DNA of 64,000 nt from a virus, in IMG/VR virus record IMGVR_UViG_3300010430_000004, positions 96,001 through 160,000 of that record. One strand, 5' to 3'. Both the position numbers and the translations under genes were made by a program. The notes beneath the pieces were generated by a model. The model saw nothing but the letters and a program-made list of their open reading frames with translations. It was not told where the DNA came from and ran no database searches. This document shows positions 9,728-20,401 of the stretch, piece after piece (position 1 is the first letter of the stretch; every line of letters begins with the position of its first letter).

Positions 9728-10213
9728 ATGACTACTCTACAAAAACTAGATTATTGTATAGCAAAAACTGAGTATTCAGATTCTATGTTCGCTTGCCATT
9801 GGCTTAGTGTTACTGAAAGAACTATTAAAGCTTTTAGGGCTCTTTCTACTGAAGAACAAGAAAATCCAGAATTAAAAATAACAAAAAGAATAGGCCCTAT
9901 TTACAATTTTCTAAAACTGGCCGAAAAAGCAAATTTATTTAGAGACTATCATCCAGCCAATATTATGGGCGCTGATTTAGACGAATATACCAGAGATCCT
10001 GAAGATGATGACTGCTATCTTTCTCCATCTTTATTTGTAAAATATTTCGGAGAGTACCCTGGAGAATATTCTGAAGAAAGCTTGATGAACTATATACATA
10101 TTATTATTGTAAATTTTTGCAAAAAAGAGATAGAAATAGAAAAGCTTGAGTCAAAGATTAAGCTCATGGAAAATGAAAAAGAAATTAAAAGACTTAGAGA
10201 AGAAAACTCTTAA
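9728..10213 (+). CDS. hypothetical protein
   Basis: 161-aa coupled ORF. Confidence 0.55.
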   Translation: MTTLQKLDYCIAKTEYSDSMFACHWLSVTERTIKAFRALSTEEQENPELKITKRIGPIYNFLKLAEKANLFRDYHPANIMGADLDEYTRDPEDDDCYLSPSLFVKYFGEYPGEYSEESLMNYIHIIIVNFCKKEIEIEKLESKIKLMENEKEIKRLREENS

Positions 10214-10227
10214 TTGAAGGGCTATTC

Positions 10228-10854
10228 GTGAGGGTTCTTGCTCTAGATATGTCAACTAAAACTGGATGGGCTATTCTAGAAATGGAAAAAGGCAAATGCG
10301 AGCTCATTGATTGTGGAGTTCTTAAACAAACTCCAGAACCTGAAGGCTATGAGTATCCCTTTAGTTATCTTAAATGGTCAAATATGTGCTTTGATCAGAT
10401 AGCTAAGATCTGGGACACTAAAGCAAACCCTGAAGTAGTCGTTATAGAAGAAACCGCTAAAGGTTCTAGAAACTCTTTTACTCAGAAAATTTTAGAATTC
10501 ATCCATTTCAGAATGGCGCTTTGGCTTCAAGACGAATGTGAGCAAAACCCTGAATTAAAATATAGATACTATTTAACTGAAGAATGGCGTAGAATAGCAG
10601 GGTGCCAACAAAACGCTGCTGAAAAGAAAAACAATGCTAAACGTAGCAGAGAAAAAGCCAAAGCCAAGAAAAAAGGAGAAGCTACTACAGTTATAAAAGA
10701 TAAAGAAGGCAACCGTTTAGGTAGGGTGACTAAAAAACACGTTAATGTTAGAAGATGTAACGAGGTTTTTGGCACAGAGTTCATACTCAAGGATGAAGAC
10801 AAGGCCGATGCTTGTTTGTTAGGGTATGCTTATTATAAGGAGAATTTTGAATGA
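10228..10854 (+). CDS. RuvC-like Holliday junction resolvase
   Basis: VLALDMSTKTGWA, VVIEE, EWR, C-terminal DEDKADA (RNase H-fold acidic residues). Confidence 0.75.
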   Translation: MRVLALDMSTKTGWAILEMEKGKCELIDCGVLKQTPEPEGYEYPFSYLKWSNMCFDQIAKIWDTKANPEVVVIEETAKGSRNSFTQKILEFIHFRMALWLQDECEQNPELKYRYYLTEEWRRIAGCQQNAAEKKNNAKRSREKAKAKKKGEATTVIKDKEGNRLGRVTKKHVNVRRCNEVFGTEFILKDEDKADACLLGYAYYKENFE

Positions 10855-10962
10855 CAATAACAATACCTGATTGGATGGGTTACGCATTTGTGGCTTATTT
10901 AGTTATTAGATGTTTTCTAACATATATGGATATAAAGAGTTATAAATAATATAAGGTAAAGC

Positions 10963-11757
10963 ATGGATAAAGACAAAGTACTGCAAGCAGTAAATGACAT
11001 TAAGAAAAAGTTTGCGACTGAAAGTGTAGATGAAGAACAGGTGAAGGAAAGCTTCGTAGATAAGCTTAATGCCTTGCTACAATCTATTTTCGGAGATGAT
11101 GTTGATGCTGCCTATGAGCTTCTTGAAAAAGGCGACCTTTCTAATTATAGGAAGAGCTATATTAAACGATTAAGAAAATTTGTATATTCTAATCTGAAAA
11201 ATTTCTTCTACGCAGCGTTTATGTTCAGTATTGTAGCATTTCTAGTATCTGAAGCTGTTACTTTTTATGCCGTTGATGGAGTGGTAGAATCTAAGACGTA
11301 TATAAAGGCTATACTGACTGAAGTCAGTTTCATCTTTCTTTCCGGCTATGTAGCAACGACCAAATGGACCCAGGTAATAAGCAAATTACTCCTGGCTGGA
11401 GTATTTGGGCTTATGCTGTTTGTAATCTCTGCTGAAACTCTTAAACAGGGAGAAGCAGGAAGTCAAGAGTCTGCTATTATTGCCCAACAGATTATCACAC
11501 TAGAGACACAGATAAAAGAAAAAGAAGAATTGATTAAATACTATGTATCTATTGGTTGGCCAAGAAATGCCACAACTACTAGATTAGAGAAACAAAAATT
11601 AGTAGATAAGCTGCTATTACTAAAAGAAAAACAAGCAGCTGGAAAAAATGAAAGCGTTACTGACATTGAGCGTTATAAAAGTTATGGTAAGGCTTTCTTT
11701 AGAGTGATATTATTAATGATCAACTTACTTATTTCTAGAAGAGTGTTTAAGTTTTGA
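10963..11757 (+). CDS. Membrane protein (about 3-4 TM helices plus coiled coil)
   Basis: Hydrophobic segments such as FFYAAFMFSIVAFLV and LLLAGVFGLMLFVISA. Confidence 0.6.
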   Translation: MDKDKVLQAVNDIKKKFATESVDEEQVKESFVDKLNALLQSIFGDDVDAAYELLEKGDLSNYRKSYIKRLRKFVYSNLKNFFYAAFMFSIVAFLVSEAVTFYAVDGVVESKTYIKAILTEVSFIFLSGYVATTKWTQVISKLLLAGVFGLMLFVISAETLKQGEAGSQESAIIAQQIITLETQIKEKEELIKYYVSIGWPRNATTTRLEKQKLVDKLLLLKEKQAAGKNESVTDIERYKSYGKAFFRVILLMINLLISRRVFKF

Positions 11758-12031
11758 GAAATAGAAGTAGAATCAGGGGCTATTGTTTTTGTTGCGGTAC
11801 AGAAACTGCAAAATGGACCAATATGAAGGGTATGTCTTTTAGATGGAGGCATACTAGAAAAATACTAAGACATGATTTTTGGAATTATGTCTGTACTGTT
11901 TGTGGAGAATATGGTATGTGGAGTTGTGACATTGCAAAATTTGCCCAACTCATTAACATGGGCACTGGTGATCTTTCAGGAAATGATGACTCTCAGGGTA
12001 TGGACTACAAATATTTTAATAAGGGTGGAAT

Positions 12032-12343
12032 ATGAGCATCAAAGACAAAGAAGTCACTATTGAAGAATTTGCTAAATGGGCAAGTAATAATAAAAACTAT
12101 ACATGGTATCATGGAAAAGGCGGTGGCTTTGATTTTGGCGGCACTAATTGTCCCTTTATTAAATATATGCGCCCTGCATTGGATACTCGTGACATGAAGG
12201 TTTATAGAATAGAGTGTGACCGTAAAGAATATACTACAGATTTTAGAGACGAAGGCGAAGGTACTATCCTTGATATTTTATCCGCTAAACTAGAAAAAGC
12301 TATGAAAAACCACAACAAAGAAATGGAGAAAGAAAATGAGTAA
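12032..12343 (+). CDS. hypothetical protein
   Basis: Coupled ORF with SD-like GGTGG. Confidence 0.55.
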   Translation: MSIKDKEVTIEEFAKWASNNKNYTWYHGKGGGFDFGGTNCPFIKYMRPALDTRDMKVYRIECDRKEYTTDFRDEGEGTILDILSAKLEKAMKNHNKEMEKENE

Positions 12344-12968
12344 TGGAATAGTCAAACAATTCGCCACTTCTGATTGGCACGTTGGACATCATAATGTTAT
12401 TGATTTCTCTAACAGGCCCTTCAAGGATACTCGTGATATGCACAGAGTATTGATTAATAATTATAACTCTACCGTACCTGAAGATGGCATTTGCTATTTT
12501 GTAGGCGACATGGGCATGGGAAATCCACTTACTCTTAAACACGTTATTAAAGAGCTAAACGGTACTAAAATTTTAGTACTAGGAAATCACGACAAAGGAT
12601 TAAACAAGATGTACAGTCTAGGCTTTGACGTAGTAACGTTTGGAGCGATCTTTGATATTTGTGGTGAGCAAGTAACAATGACCCATTGCCCTCTAAGAGA
12701 CACATACAGAGAAGATACAAGCAAAATGAAAGAAGGCGAGCTTTGTCCTAACTGGCATGGTGAGCATAGAAAAAAATATAAAAAATATACCATTCCTAAT
12801 TGGGGCCAATATCATCTTCACGGCCATATCCACTCTCCAAACTCTGGTCAATCAAAAAAGATTGAAGGTAGACAAATGGATGTTGGAGTAGATGCTAACG
12901 GATATCGCCCAGTAAGTTGGAGTGCCATTGAATCATGGATAGCAAAGACTAAAAATGTCAAAGGGTAA
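12336..12968 (+). CDS. Calcineurin-like metallophosphoesterase
   Basis: SDWH, VGD, GNHD, THCP, HGHIH, DVGVD. Confidence 0.85.
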   Translation: MSNGIVKQFATSDWHVGHHNVIDFSNRPFKDTRDMHRVLINNYNSTVPEDGICYFVGDMGMGNPLTLKHVIKELNGTKILVLGNHDKGLNKMYSLGFDVVTFGAIFDICGEQVTMTHCPLRDTYREDTSKMKEGELCPNWHGEHRKKYKKYTIPNWGQYHLHGHIHSPNSGQSKKIEGRQMDVGVDANGYRPVSWSAIESWIAKTKNVKG

Positions 12969-13591
12969 TTTAAGCGTTTTTGCTGCCAATAAAACAAACT
13001 ATAATGATGGAATTAATAAAAGAGAAGATTTTATTACTAGAAGATGGTCAGCATATAGATTAGAAAAATTTGTAGGATTGAGAAGCTTTACTGATGCAGA
13101 CTCCTACAATGATATGAGAAGTAATGGGTTCGCTTATCCTCTTGATGAACACAATCATATAGAAGCTAGAAATAAGAAAGACAAAAAATGAGTAGGACTA
13201 TAGTTAATTTTGGAAAAAAAGCAAACTATAATCCTAAAGTAAACACTTCAAGCCTTAGCATTAGAGAAAAATGGCACAAGTTTAGACACGAAACATACAT
13301 AGGAATTGGCAATTTTTCTAATACTGATAATTATAATAGTGGAGTTTCAGAAAATACGAATATAAAAGAAAACAAAAGTTCAGAAATGGTAAACTTAAAT
13401 GAATGATGATTACATAAACAATATAATAGTAAAGACTAAATATTCTTATTCTCTTAATGATAGAAGTTTTCACATGGAAACCCACTGGTCTAATTATTGT
13501 ATGGAAGATTTCGTAAGTGTAGCTGGATTTACTAATACTGAAAATTACGATGAAATTGAAACAGAAGATATAGCCACGGATATAGAAGACC

Positions 13592-14290
13592 ATGATCATT
13601 ATAGCGACGAGTGATACTCATTATAGGCACGAAAAAGTGGAGCTAGCTCCAGGTGATGTGTTTATTCATGCCGGAGACAACAACGCTGGTGGACCAAGCT
13701 GTGCTCGTGATTTTATTGAATGGGTTGGCGAACTTAATTACAAACATAAAATAATTATTGCAGGCAACCATGATAATGCCTTTGCCGATGATCCCAAGTA
13801 TATTGAGCAATTATGTAAAGATAATGGGGTCATATACCTAAACGATTCTGGAGTAGAGATTGATGGGGTTAAGTTCTGGGGAAGCCCATGGACACCTAAG
13901 TATGGATTAGACATTTATGTATTTAACGCTGCACGTTCAGTAACCGAACAAGCATTCTTAGGTTTTAAATATCCATTAATAGAAGAAAAGTGGGCTCTTA
14001 TCCCTGAAGATACTGACGTATTGATTACCCACGGCCCAGCTTATGATGTTCTTGACGTAAACAAAAAAGGCATACCTTGTGGGTGCGTAGAGTTGAGAAA
14101 AGCCATAGAAAAAATAAAACCACAGGTTCATATCTTTGGTCACATTCACGAAGGCGCTGGAGATACTAAAATAAATGAGACTGAATACTATAACGTGGCT
14201 TACTTTGGTAAGATTACAAGGCACTCTCGTAACGAATACACTATTGAAAAAAATCCAGCAAGCATGATTTATATTGACGATAATAAATAA
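13592..14290 (+). CDS. Metallophosphoesterase (MPPED/239FB-like)
   Basis: SDTH, HAGD, IAGNHD, WGSPW, LITHGP, FGHIHE. Confidence 0.85.
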   Translation: MIIIATSDTHYRHEKVELAPGDVFIHAGDNNAGGPSCARDFIEWVGELNYKHKIIIAGNHDNAFADDPKYIEQLCKDNGVIYLNDSGVEIDGVKFWGSPWTPKYGLDIYVFNAARSVTEQAFLGFKYPLIEEKWALIPEDTDVLITHGPAYDVLDVNKKGIPCGCVELRKAIEKIKPQVHIFGHIHEGAGDTKINETEYYNVAYFGKITRHSRNEYTIEKNPASMIYIDDNK

Positions 14291-14292
14291 TT

Positions 14293-14639
14293 GAATCTCC
14301 AGTCTGGACGGTGCGGTGTCGAAAGCCCACGTTCTTCCTGGACCGAGGGTTATGTGCGAGGCATATTAAAATGGTTGCTAAGATCTGCCCTTTACTTGTG
14401 GTATAGTCCATGAACTTACCACAGCCCCTAGAGATAGGTAGCTCCTTGATCTAGTAGAGGCTCTGCAAGCCTACACTGTTACTAGACGCGTCTAGACAGT
14501 TGTTTTTAAGCCCTATTATGGGCAGAACAAGCAGCGCATGGTGGATGTAGGAAACGCCACTAGGAGTCACAATCCTCTCAGCAGCTCAATGATACGGGGC
14601 AACAGCTGGAAAACTGTGAGGTTGCGGCTCGCTTTTTTT
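14293..14639 (+). ncRNA. Putative large structured non-coding RNA of unknown family
   Basis: Gap with no ORF of 60 codons or more; about 49% GC by hand count vs AT-rich flanks; many complementary stems; ends in hairpin plus T7. Confidence 0.65.
14616..14639 (+). terminator. Possible intrinsic terminator
   Basis: GTGAG-gttgcgg-CTCGC followed by TTTTTTT. Confidence 0.5.
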
Positions 14640-14707
14640 ATTCAGCTCAAATCTGAGCCGAGCAAAATCTTCAATAATTTCAATGACTTTATTCTCTAAA
14701 AATTTAC

Positions 14708-14736
14708 TAGCATTTTTTAATAATCCATGTTATATT
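14708..14736 (+). promoter_or_regulatory. Early sigma70-type promoter (TAGCAT-N17-TATATT)
   Basis: Conserved repeated motif, 17-bp spacer, extended -10. Confidence 0.8.
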
Positions 14737-14969
14737 TAACTCAACAAAGGAAATAAAATGGTTTATTTAATAGTTGTAGGCTTAATATGTACCACAGGCA
14801 CTATTGATTGTTATTCAAAAATAAATAACAAAGCCGAGAAAATAAACGTTACTAGAGAAATGACCAAAAAAGAGTGTGTAGAGAAGACAATGATTCTTAG
14901 AAAATATATAACAGACAATAAATTAGGAAAACCTATAGTTGTTTGTAGAATAAACTGGGAGAAGGTACA

Positions 14970-15386
14970 ATGAATCCAAGAACGCCTAAATTTTTTAACA
15001 ATGGAATTGAAGTCAAACACATTTCTGAGAAAAAAGGCAGAGGTGTATTTGCTACTCGTACTATTAAAAAAGGTGAAGTATTTGAAATAGCGCCCTGCCT
15101 AATAGTGCCCCATGATGAGAGTGAACTAGTAAACGACACTTTTTTAGGTTTTTATACCTATTCTCCTCCAGGGCCAACTAAGGATGAGGATGAAGAAACA
15201 TACGATGAGTGCTCAATTATTGCTCTTGGTTATGGATCTTTATATAATACTAACAAGAACCCAAACGCTGACTATGCTGTTTATTATAACCATGCTAAAT
15301 ACTTTGCGCTAAGAACTATTAAAAAGGGCGAAGAAATATTAATAAACTATGGTTGGGATGAGTCTTATACAAAGGATTTTGAATGA
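14970..15386 (+). CDS. SET-domain protein (putative lysine methyltransferase)
   Basis: KGRGVFATRTIKKGE, GSLYNTNKNPN, FALRTIKKGEEILINYG. Confidence 0.85.
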   Translation: MNPRTPKFFNNGIEVKHISEKKGRGVFATRTIKKGEVFEIAPCLIVPHDESELVNDTFLGFYTYSPPGPTKDEDEETYDECSIIALGYGSLYNTNKNPNADYAVYYNHAKYFALRTIKKGEEILINYGWDESYTKDFE

Positions 15387-15718
15387 AAAAGCTAAGCCAT
15401 TGGTGGCGTTGTAGTTGGTGTGGATTTGCCACAAATGATTCGGTGCATATTTGCAAGGGGAAATGATATGGATGTTTATGTGGTTACTTATGGATATGAC
15501 TATGAAAGCACTTCTGTTCTTGGAGTATACTCTACTGAACAAAAAGCCCAAGCAGCAGTAGAAGATATGGTTGGTAATTATTATGATGAAGTGAAATGGT
15601 ACACAGACTATATGGCTAAAGAGTATAGCAGTGAATCAGACAGCACTGGTAGAAGATTTGAAATTGAACAATGTCAGTTAGATGACCAATATGAAGATGA
15701 TTTATTCGAGGACTAATT

Positions 15719-16093
15719 ATGTTATACGGACTATATATGGAAAAAGAAACAGATAATATTGCTATAAAGCGCACAGCAAACTCTATTGAAGCTTTCAATC
15801 ACACCCACTATCATAAGGTTTGGAAGGCTAGAAGAGAAATTGGTGATAATCTAGGAAATCTTGATCAACCAAACCATTCGCTTGTGGGTAAAAAGCTCAG
15901 AAATCGCAAAACAGGAGATATTTATAATGTGGAGTCTGTTAAGAAACAGTTCTATGCTGGATGGTATTTTGGAGCGCTGCTTGAGTGTAACAACAGTCAT
16001 TGTTTTGCATGGTTCCACAACGAAAGCAGTATAGATAGTATTGTTGAAAAGCATTGTATAGAATTTTGGGAAGATTTTGAGGAAGTGAAATGA
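15719..16093 (+). CDS. hypothetical protein
   Basis: 124-aa ORF in coupled small-gene array. Confidence 0.5.
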   Translation: MLYGLYMEKETDNIAIKRTANSIEAFNHTHYHKVWKARREIGDNLGNLDQPNHSLVGKKLRNRKTGDIYNVESVKKQFYAGWYFGALLECNNSHCFAWFHNESSIDSIVEKHCIEFWEDFEEVK

Positions 16094-16374
16094 AAACACT
16101 GAAAAAAATTAAACTAACTTCAGATTGTGGAACAATGGCATGGACCGTTGATTTGCATGAAGTCGCCCACGATAGGGCCTGTTACTATTCCAAAAAAGAC
16201 AGCGACAATGCCACTTATGAAGATGAATATGAATTTACCTGTGAAGACGACTACGAAGCTGTTGATTGGTTACAAAACAATATGGACTGGTATAATTGTA
16301 GATCATTAAAGATGATTATGAATTTTGAAAAACCTTTAAACGAAGTAGATATTGACGATTGGGAGATAGTATAA
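16090..16374 (+). CDS. hypothetical acidic protein
   Basis: Coupled ORF. Confidence 0.5.
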   Translation: MKTLKKIKLTSDCGTMAWTVDLHEVAHDRACYYSKKDSDNATYEDEYEFTCEDDYEAVDWLQNNMDWYNCRSLKMIMNFEKPLNEVDIDDWEIV

Positions 16375-16859
16375 TGGGCTTAGATATAGATGGAATAAAA
16401 ATTATCAGAGAAGGAAAAACCGATGACACTGTTTTTGTATACGAAGGTTTTGAACGGTCCCTTAAAGATGAAGAAATAGTAAGTCTTGATTATGATGACG
16501 AAAATTGGGAATGCGTAGCTGACGGAATCTCTATGTCTTATGGATCATATAATGGATTTAGAAGAGTGCTGGCTGAAGCAGCCCTAAACACAAGTGTAGA
16601 AAATGTATGGAAATTGGCTGGAAATCTCAAAGATAGTGAACCTTATCCTTCTCCAATTTTTCATATACTTAATTTTGCAGACAATGAAGGTTTTATAGGC
16701 CCATCGGCTGTAAAAGAATTAGATAGTTATTTTGATGAAAGACTTGAATATCTTAAGGAAGAGCTTTCGGATGATGAATACTATATGCACAAGGTTATTA
16801 GTTTAGCTGAATGTATTAAAGAAACTGCCAAAGAAAATGGCTACTTGAGGTTTGGATAA
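16374..16859 (+). CDS. hypothetical phage protein (MGLDI N-terminus)
   Basis: TAATG coupling; SYGSYNGFRR..L and DNEG motifs typical of an uncharacterised phage family. Confidence 0.55.
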   Translation: MGLDIDGIKIIREGKTDDTVFVYEGFERSLKDEEIVSLDYDDENWECVADGISMSYGSYNGFRRVLAEAALNTSVENVWKLAGNLKDSEPYPSPIFHILNFADNEGFIGPSAVKELDSYFDERLEYLKEELSDDEYYMHKVISLAECIKETAKENGYLRFG

Positions 16860-17434
16860 TGGGTAGAAAATTATCAAGGGCCTTGAACCCTAAACATGGT
16901 TGGCGAGAAGCTTTAGAAGATCTTAAGGATTTTTTATGGTACGACCCAGCTAGTTGGTGTCGATCAAAAATTGAAATGCTTCAGAGAATGGTATATTGGG
17001 GCTGGCACATGAGATGGAGTTGGGACTTTGACGCTAGTACTATTTATGAAATGCTTTACAGAAAATTAGACAGAATTTACTGCTGTATGAGAGATCATTC
17101 CCATTGTGTATGGAACAGCAGCATCGAACAGCCTAGAATGAGAGAACTAAGAGAAGCTAGAGAAATCGCTAAAAGACTATGGGAAGATGACTATGATATG
17201 GCAGCTTTCTATGAGACTGAGGAAAAATACGGCAAGCTTAAATCATGGACTGAAAAAATTCCAAACAAACCTCTCTATAGATATCATTCTTTATGGGGAA
17301 ATGACGAAGAAGTTGATAAGAAAGCTATAGTGTTTAATCGTAGAAGAGATAAGCATTGGAGAGAAGTAAAAAAGCTTCATAAAGATCGTTTATTTTATTT
17401 GCTAAACAAAAACGTAGAGTATTGGTGGGACTGA
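16859..17434 (+). CDS. hypothetical Trp-rich phage protein
   Basis: 191-aa coupled ORF ending in YWWD. Confidence 0.55.
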   Translation: MGRKLSRALNPKHGWREALEDLKDFLWYDPASWCRSKIEMLQRMVYWGWHMRWSWDFDASTIYEMLYRKLDRIYCCMRDHSHCVWNSSIEQPRMRELREAREIAKRLWEDDYDMAAFYETEEKYGKLKSWTEKIPNKPLYRYHSLWGNDEEVDKKAIVFNRRRDKHWREVKKLHKDRLFYLLNKNVEYWWD

Positions 17435-18525
17435 TGATTCATCATTATCTTTATAAAAGCTTTTCAAATAAGACAAAAATAGCATACGTTAAGTTGACTT
17501 GTACTGGAGAAAAATATGTCTATGACGCTAAGGCCAGAAATGGTTGGTCGAATACCCCAAGTAGGGTTGCTCCAGTAACTACTAGTGCTAAATTAACTAC
17601 TTGCCCATTGTGCAAGAAAAAACTAGTAGACAAGTTAGAAAGCCAATTAAAGGAGTTGAGATAATGGAAATTTTATTTTTCATCATTCCAGTGTGGATTC
17701 TTATATTTGTAATGCTTGTTGTTTACAGCATTAGCAAGAAAAGATTAAAAGCATTCTTATTGCAGTTCTTAATATATGAGGTATTTTTTGCATTATTAGC
17801 CACGGTAGCTTTTCCAGTTTTTGGGACATTCTTTGGATTTACTTCTTATACTGCTGCTGCAATGTTTTGTGCTTCTGACTTATTAGATTGGGTCAAAAAA
17901 ATAGGAGAGAAAAATGAAAAGTAAAACTACAATACTATTATCTATACTGCCTTTAGTATTTGGATACTTGATTCTTATAGGGGTCAGCAATTCAGATGGG
18001 ATGGAAGCTTTTAAAAAATCTGAACAAAAAACAGCAACTTGTAGCCTCAAAGGATTTAAAGGTTTTCCAGAAAACGTAACCGGACCAGTTACCCTAGAGT
18101 TGGCCAAATTAATCACGGTTATGGTATCCAACGATGATGAAAGTTTAGAAATTACCGTAGCAAAGAAAAGGTGCGAAATCAAATGAAAATTTTATATATA
18201 ATTTTATTAACTTTTGCTATACAATCAGCACAAGCTTTTACAGCAAAAGACGCAAAAACTTTGGCTAATATTAGTAATCTAACCACAGAAGCAGAAAATG
18301 ACGCTGAAATATGCAAACTTAATATACTAAAAGATGTTAGAAAAAAAGCAACTAAAGGTTATTCAATCCTTTTCTTAATAATGAATGATAGAGACTCTTG
18401 CAGTTGGGGAAATGTCCCAGAACTAGTTTCTAAAAAACTCGAAAAGATGGGATATAGTACGCATTTAGTTGAAGCTGGAATTAACGGTAATAAATGGACT
18501 AGAATATTGACGGTAGGGTGGTAAT

Positions 18526-18864
18526 ATGCAAGGCGCAATACTAAATGAATTATTAAGCACCATGGACGCTAAGATGTTCAATCTGGCTGTTCAGTTGTTG
18601 CTTTTCGGAGCTATCGGTTTTTGGCTAAAAGACATGAATAGTCGTATAGTAAATTATTACAAACTTAAGATGAGTGATTTTGGCCGTGGAACAAAAGTTC
18701 TTATACTAGGACACGAAGGATTTATTAGTCGGATCGGATTCAACGAAGTAGAGATTACTATAGATGTAGACAAGACCCTTTTCATTCCAGTAAATAAGTT
18801 TATAAGCACTGACAAGATCATTGTAGCTAAACAAGTTCACCAAAAAATAAGGGATGAGAAATGA
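18526..18864 (+). CDS. MscS-like small membrane protein
   Basis: One TM helix then FGRGTKVLILGHEGFISRIGF...IPV resembling the MscS middle beta domain. Confidence 0.5.
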   Translation: MQGAILNELLSTMDAKMFNLAVQLLLFGAIGFWLKDMNSRIVNYYKLKMSDFGRGTKVLILGHEGFISRIGFNEVEITIDVDKTLFIPVNKFISTDKIIVAKQVHQKIRDEK

Positions 18865-19319
18865 GTAAGGTTAGATTTAAGAGATATATGCACTCTAATA
18901 AAGAAGACAATTATGACCTTGAAGAAACATTCAAAGACAACGAACTGCTGTATTGTGGATATGAAGAAGAGTTGGTATATGAGTATGATACCCTTACTAA
19001 AGAATTAAAACTTATAGGAGCTGGTGGATATTTTCTAGGCGATGAAAAAATTTCAGAAAGTGAATTAACGGAGATAAAGGAATATGACTAAAAAATACGA
19101 TCCAGATATGCAAAATTTACCATCTATAGAAATAGATTATGGTCTAGTTCCTGAAATCTATGATGGAATAGTGCAAGATATGCACAAAGGGTACCTTACA
19201 GTTAAAGTAAATGGTCAAGAAATAGAAGATAGAGTTACTGCTAACCTTATAGAAAAATTAATAGGTTGTGTAGATCACGAAACTCTTATTGGAATACTTA
19301 AAGATATAAGGGATTATAA

Positions 19320-19895
19320 ATGATTAGTGTTGAAAAGAAAACTGTAGAGAAGTACACAGTAAGAGGCGATGGCCTTAGCTGGAGCATATTCACCCTAGAT
19401 GATGAAACTGGCGATATCAGTGTTCAATCTGATTGGGGCAACTACTCTTATATATGGAATTGCAGAGGGAATGGAAAGTCCCTAAAAGACTTTTTAATCA
19501 CCGCTGGTGTTGGCTACGTTAAAGACAAATTTAGTTACCCATGTAACGGCGGCAAAAAACACGTTTATCGTAAAGAATCCCTTGACAACTTTAAAAGAGA
19601 TATTATTAATGCTAGAAGAGATCATCAAATTCCTAAACATTATGCTAGATCTTTTTACGAAGCTCTTGATCATTTAGATCTACATGGAGATATCAATACT
19701 GTATATCATAGCGTTGAAAATATGGTTAGCTATTTGCAAGACAGCTGTGAGTTAGATTTATTTGACGATGGACCTTGGAGTGATGACTATGATTTTATGG
19801 AAAATGTAGTGGTTGGTTGTTCTCCACAGCTTAACACTTTTATGGAAAAAGTTTGGCCAGTATTTATAGACGCTTTGAAAAAGGAAAGAAAATGA
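19320..19895 (+). CDS. hypothetical phage protein
   Basis: 191-aa coupled ORF with SDWGNYSYIW motif. Confidence 0.55.
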   Translation: MISVEKKTVEKYTVRGDGLSWSIFTLDDETGDISVQSDWGNYSYIWNCRGNGKSLKDFLITAGVGYVKDKFSYPCNGGKKHVYRKESLDNFKRDIINARRDHQIPKHYARSFYEALDHLDLHGDINTVYHSVENMVSYLQDSCELDLFDDGPWSDDYDFMENVVVGCSPQLNTFMEKVWPVFIDALKKERK

Positions 19896-20401
19896 CTGAA
19901 GAAAAACTAGACTACTATATGAATAGAAAAGAACAAATTACCCTAGCTGAATCTAAGACTTTAAGGGCCAACTCTGCTCAGTGGAGGAAATTGTATTCTA
20001 AAATGGACGACAAAGCTTTGTTGAGTGTAGTCGATAATTTTCTTAACAATATATTCATAGAAGATACTGGAACTTATGATAGTCAACTGGTTCACACTAT
20101 TGTACCGTTACTTGTTAAACGTATAGATCCCAATCATAAAAGAAGCAATGACAGATACTAATTGGAGTGCTTGCTATATATGTCAGGGAGATTTGCCCGA
20201 TGACTACGAGTATGCCACCTGTTGTTCAGGAAGGGAGTGTGGTTGTATGGGAATGCCTATAGAAGTTCCTATATGCTCTTATGATTGTGAAAGATTGAAC
20301 GGTAGAATGTTTATGGATTATTCTATAGAAGTAAATATTAAAAGCTGGTATCCTGCTTGGCTGGTTAAATTAATAGTAAAATATAAGATTTGGAGAAATT
20401 A

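Noticed and set aside
14293-14665. Identification of the structured RNA as tmRNA, RNase P RNA, SRP RNA or a group I/II intron
   Set aside because: No tRNA-like ends, no GAGGAAAGTCC core on either strand, no SRP helix-8 motif; TATAGTCC (group I S-like) has no upstream GACTA partner; GTGCG and GAGCCG are not accompanied by a proper domain V; no gene is interrupted
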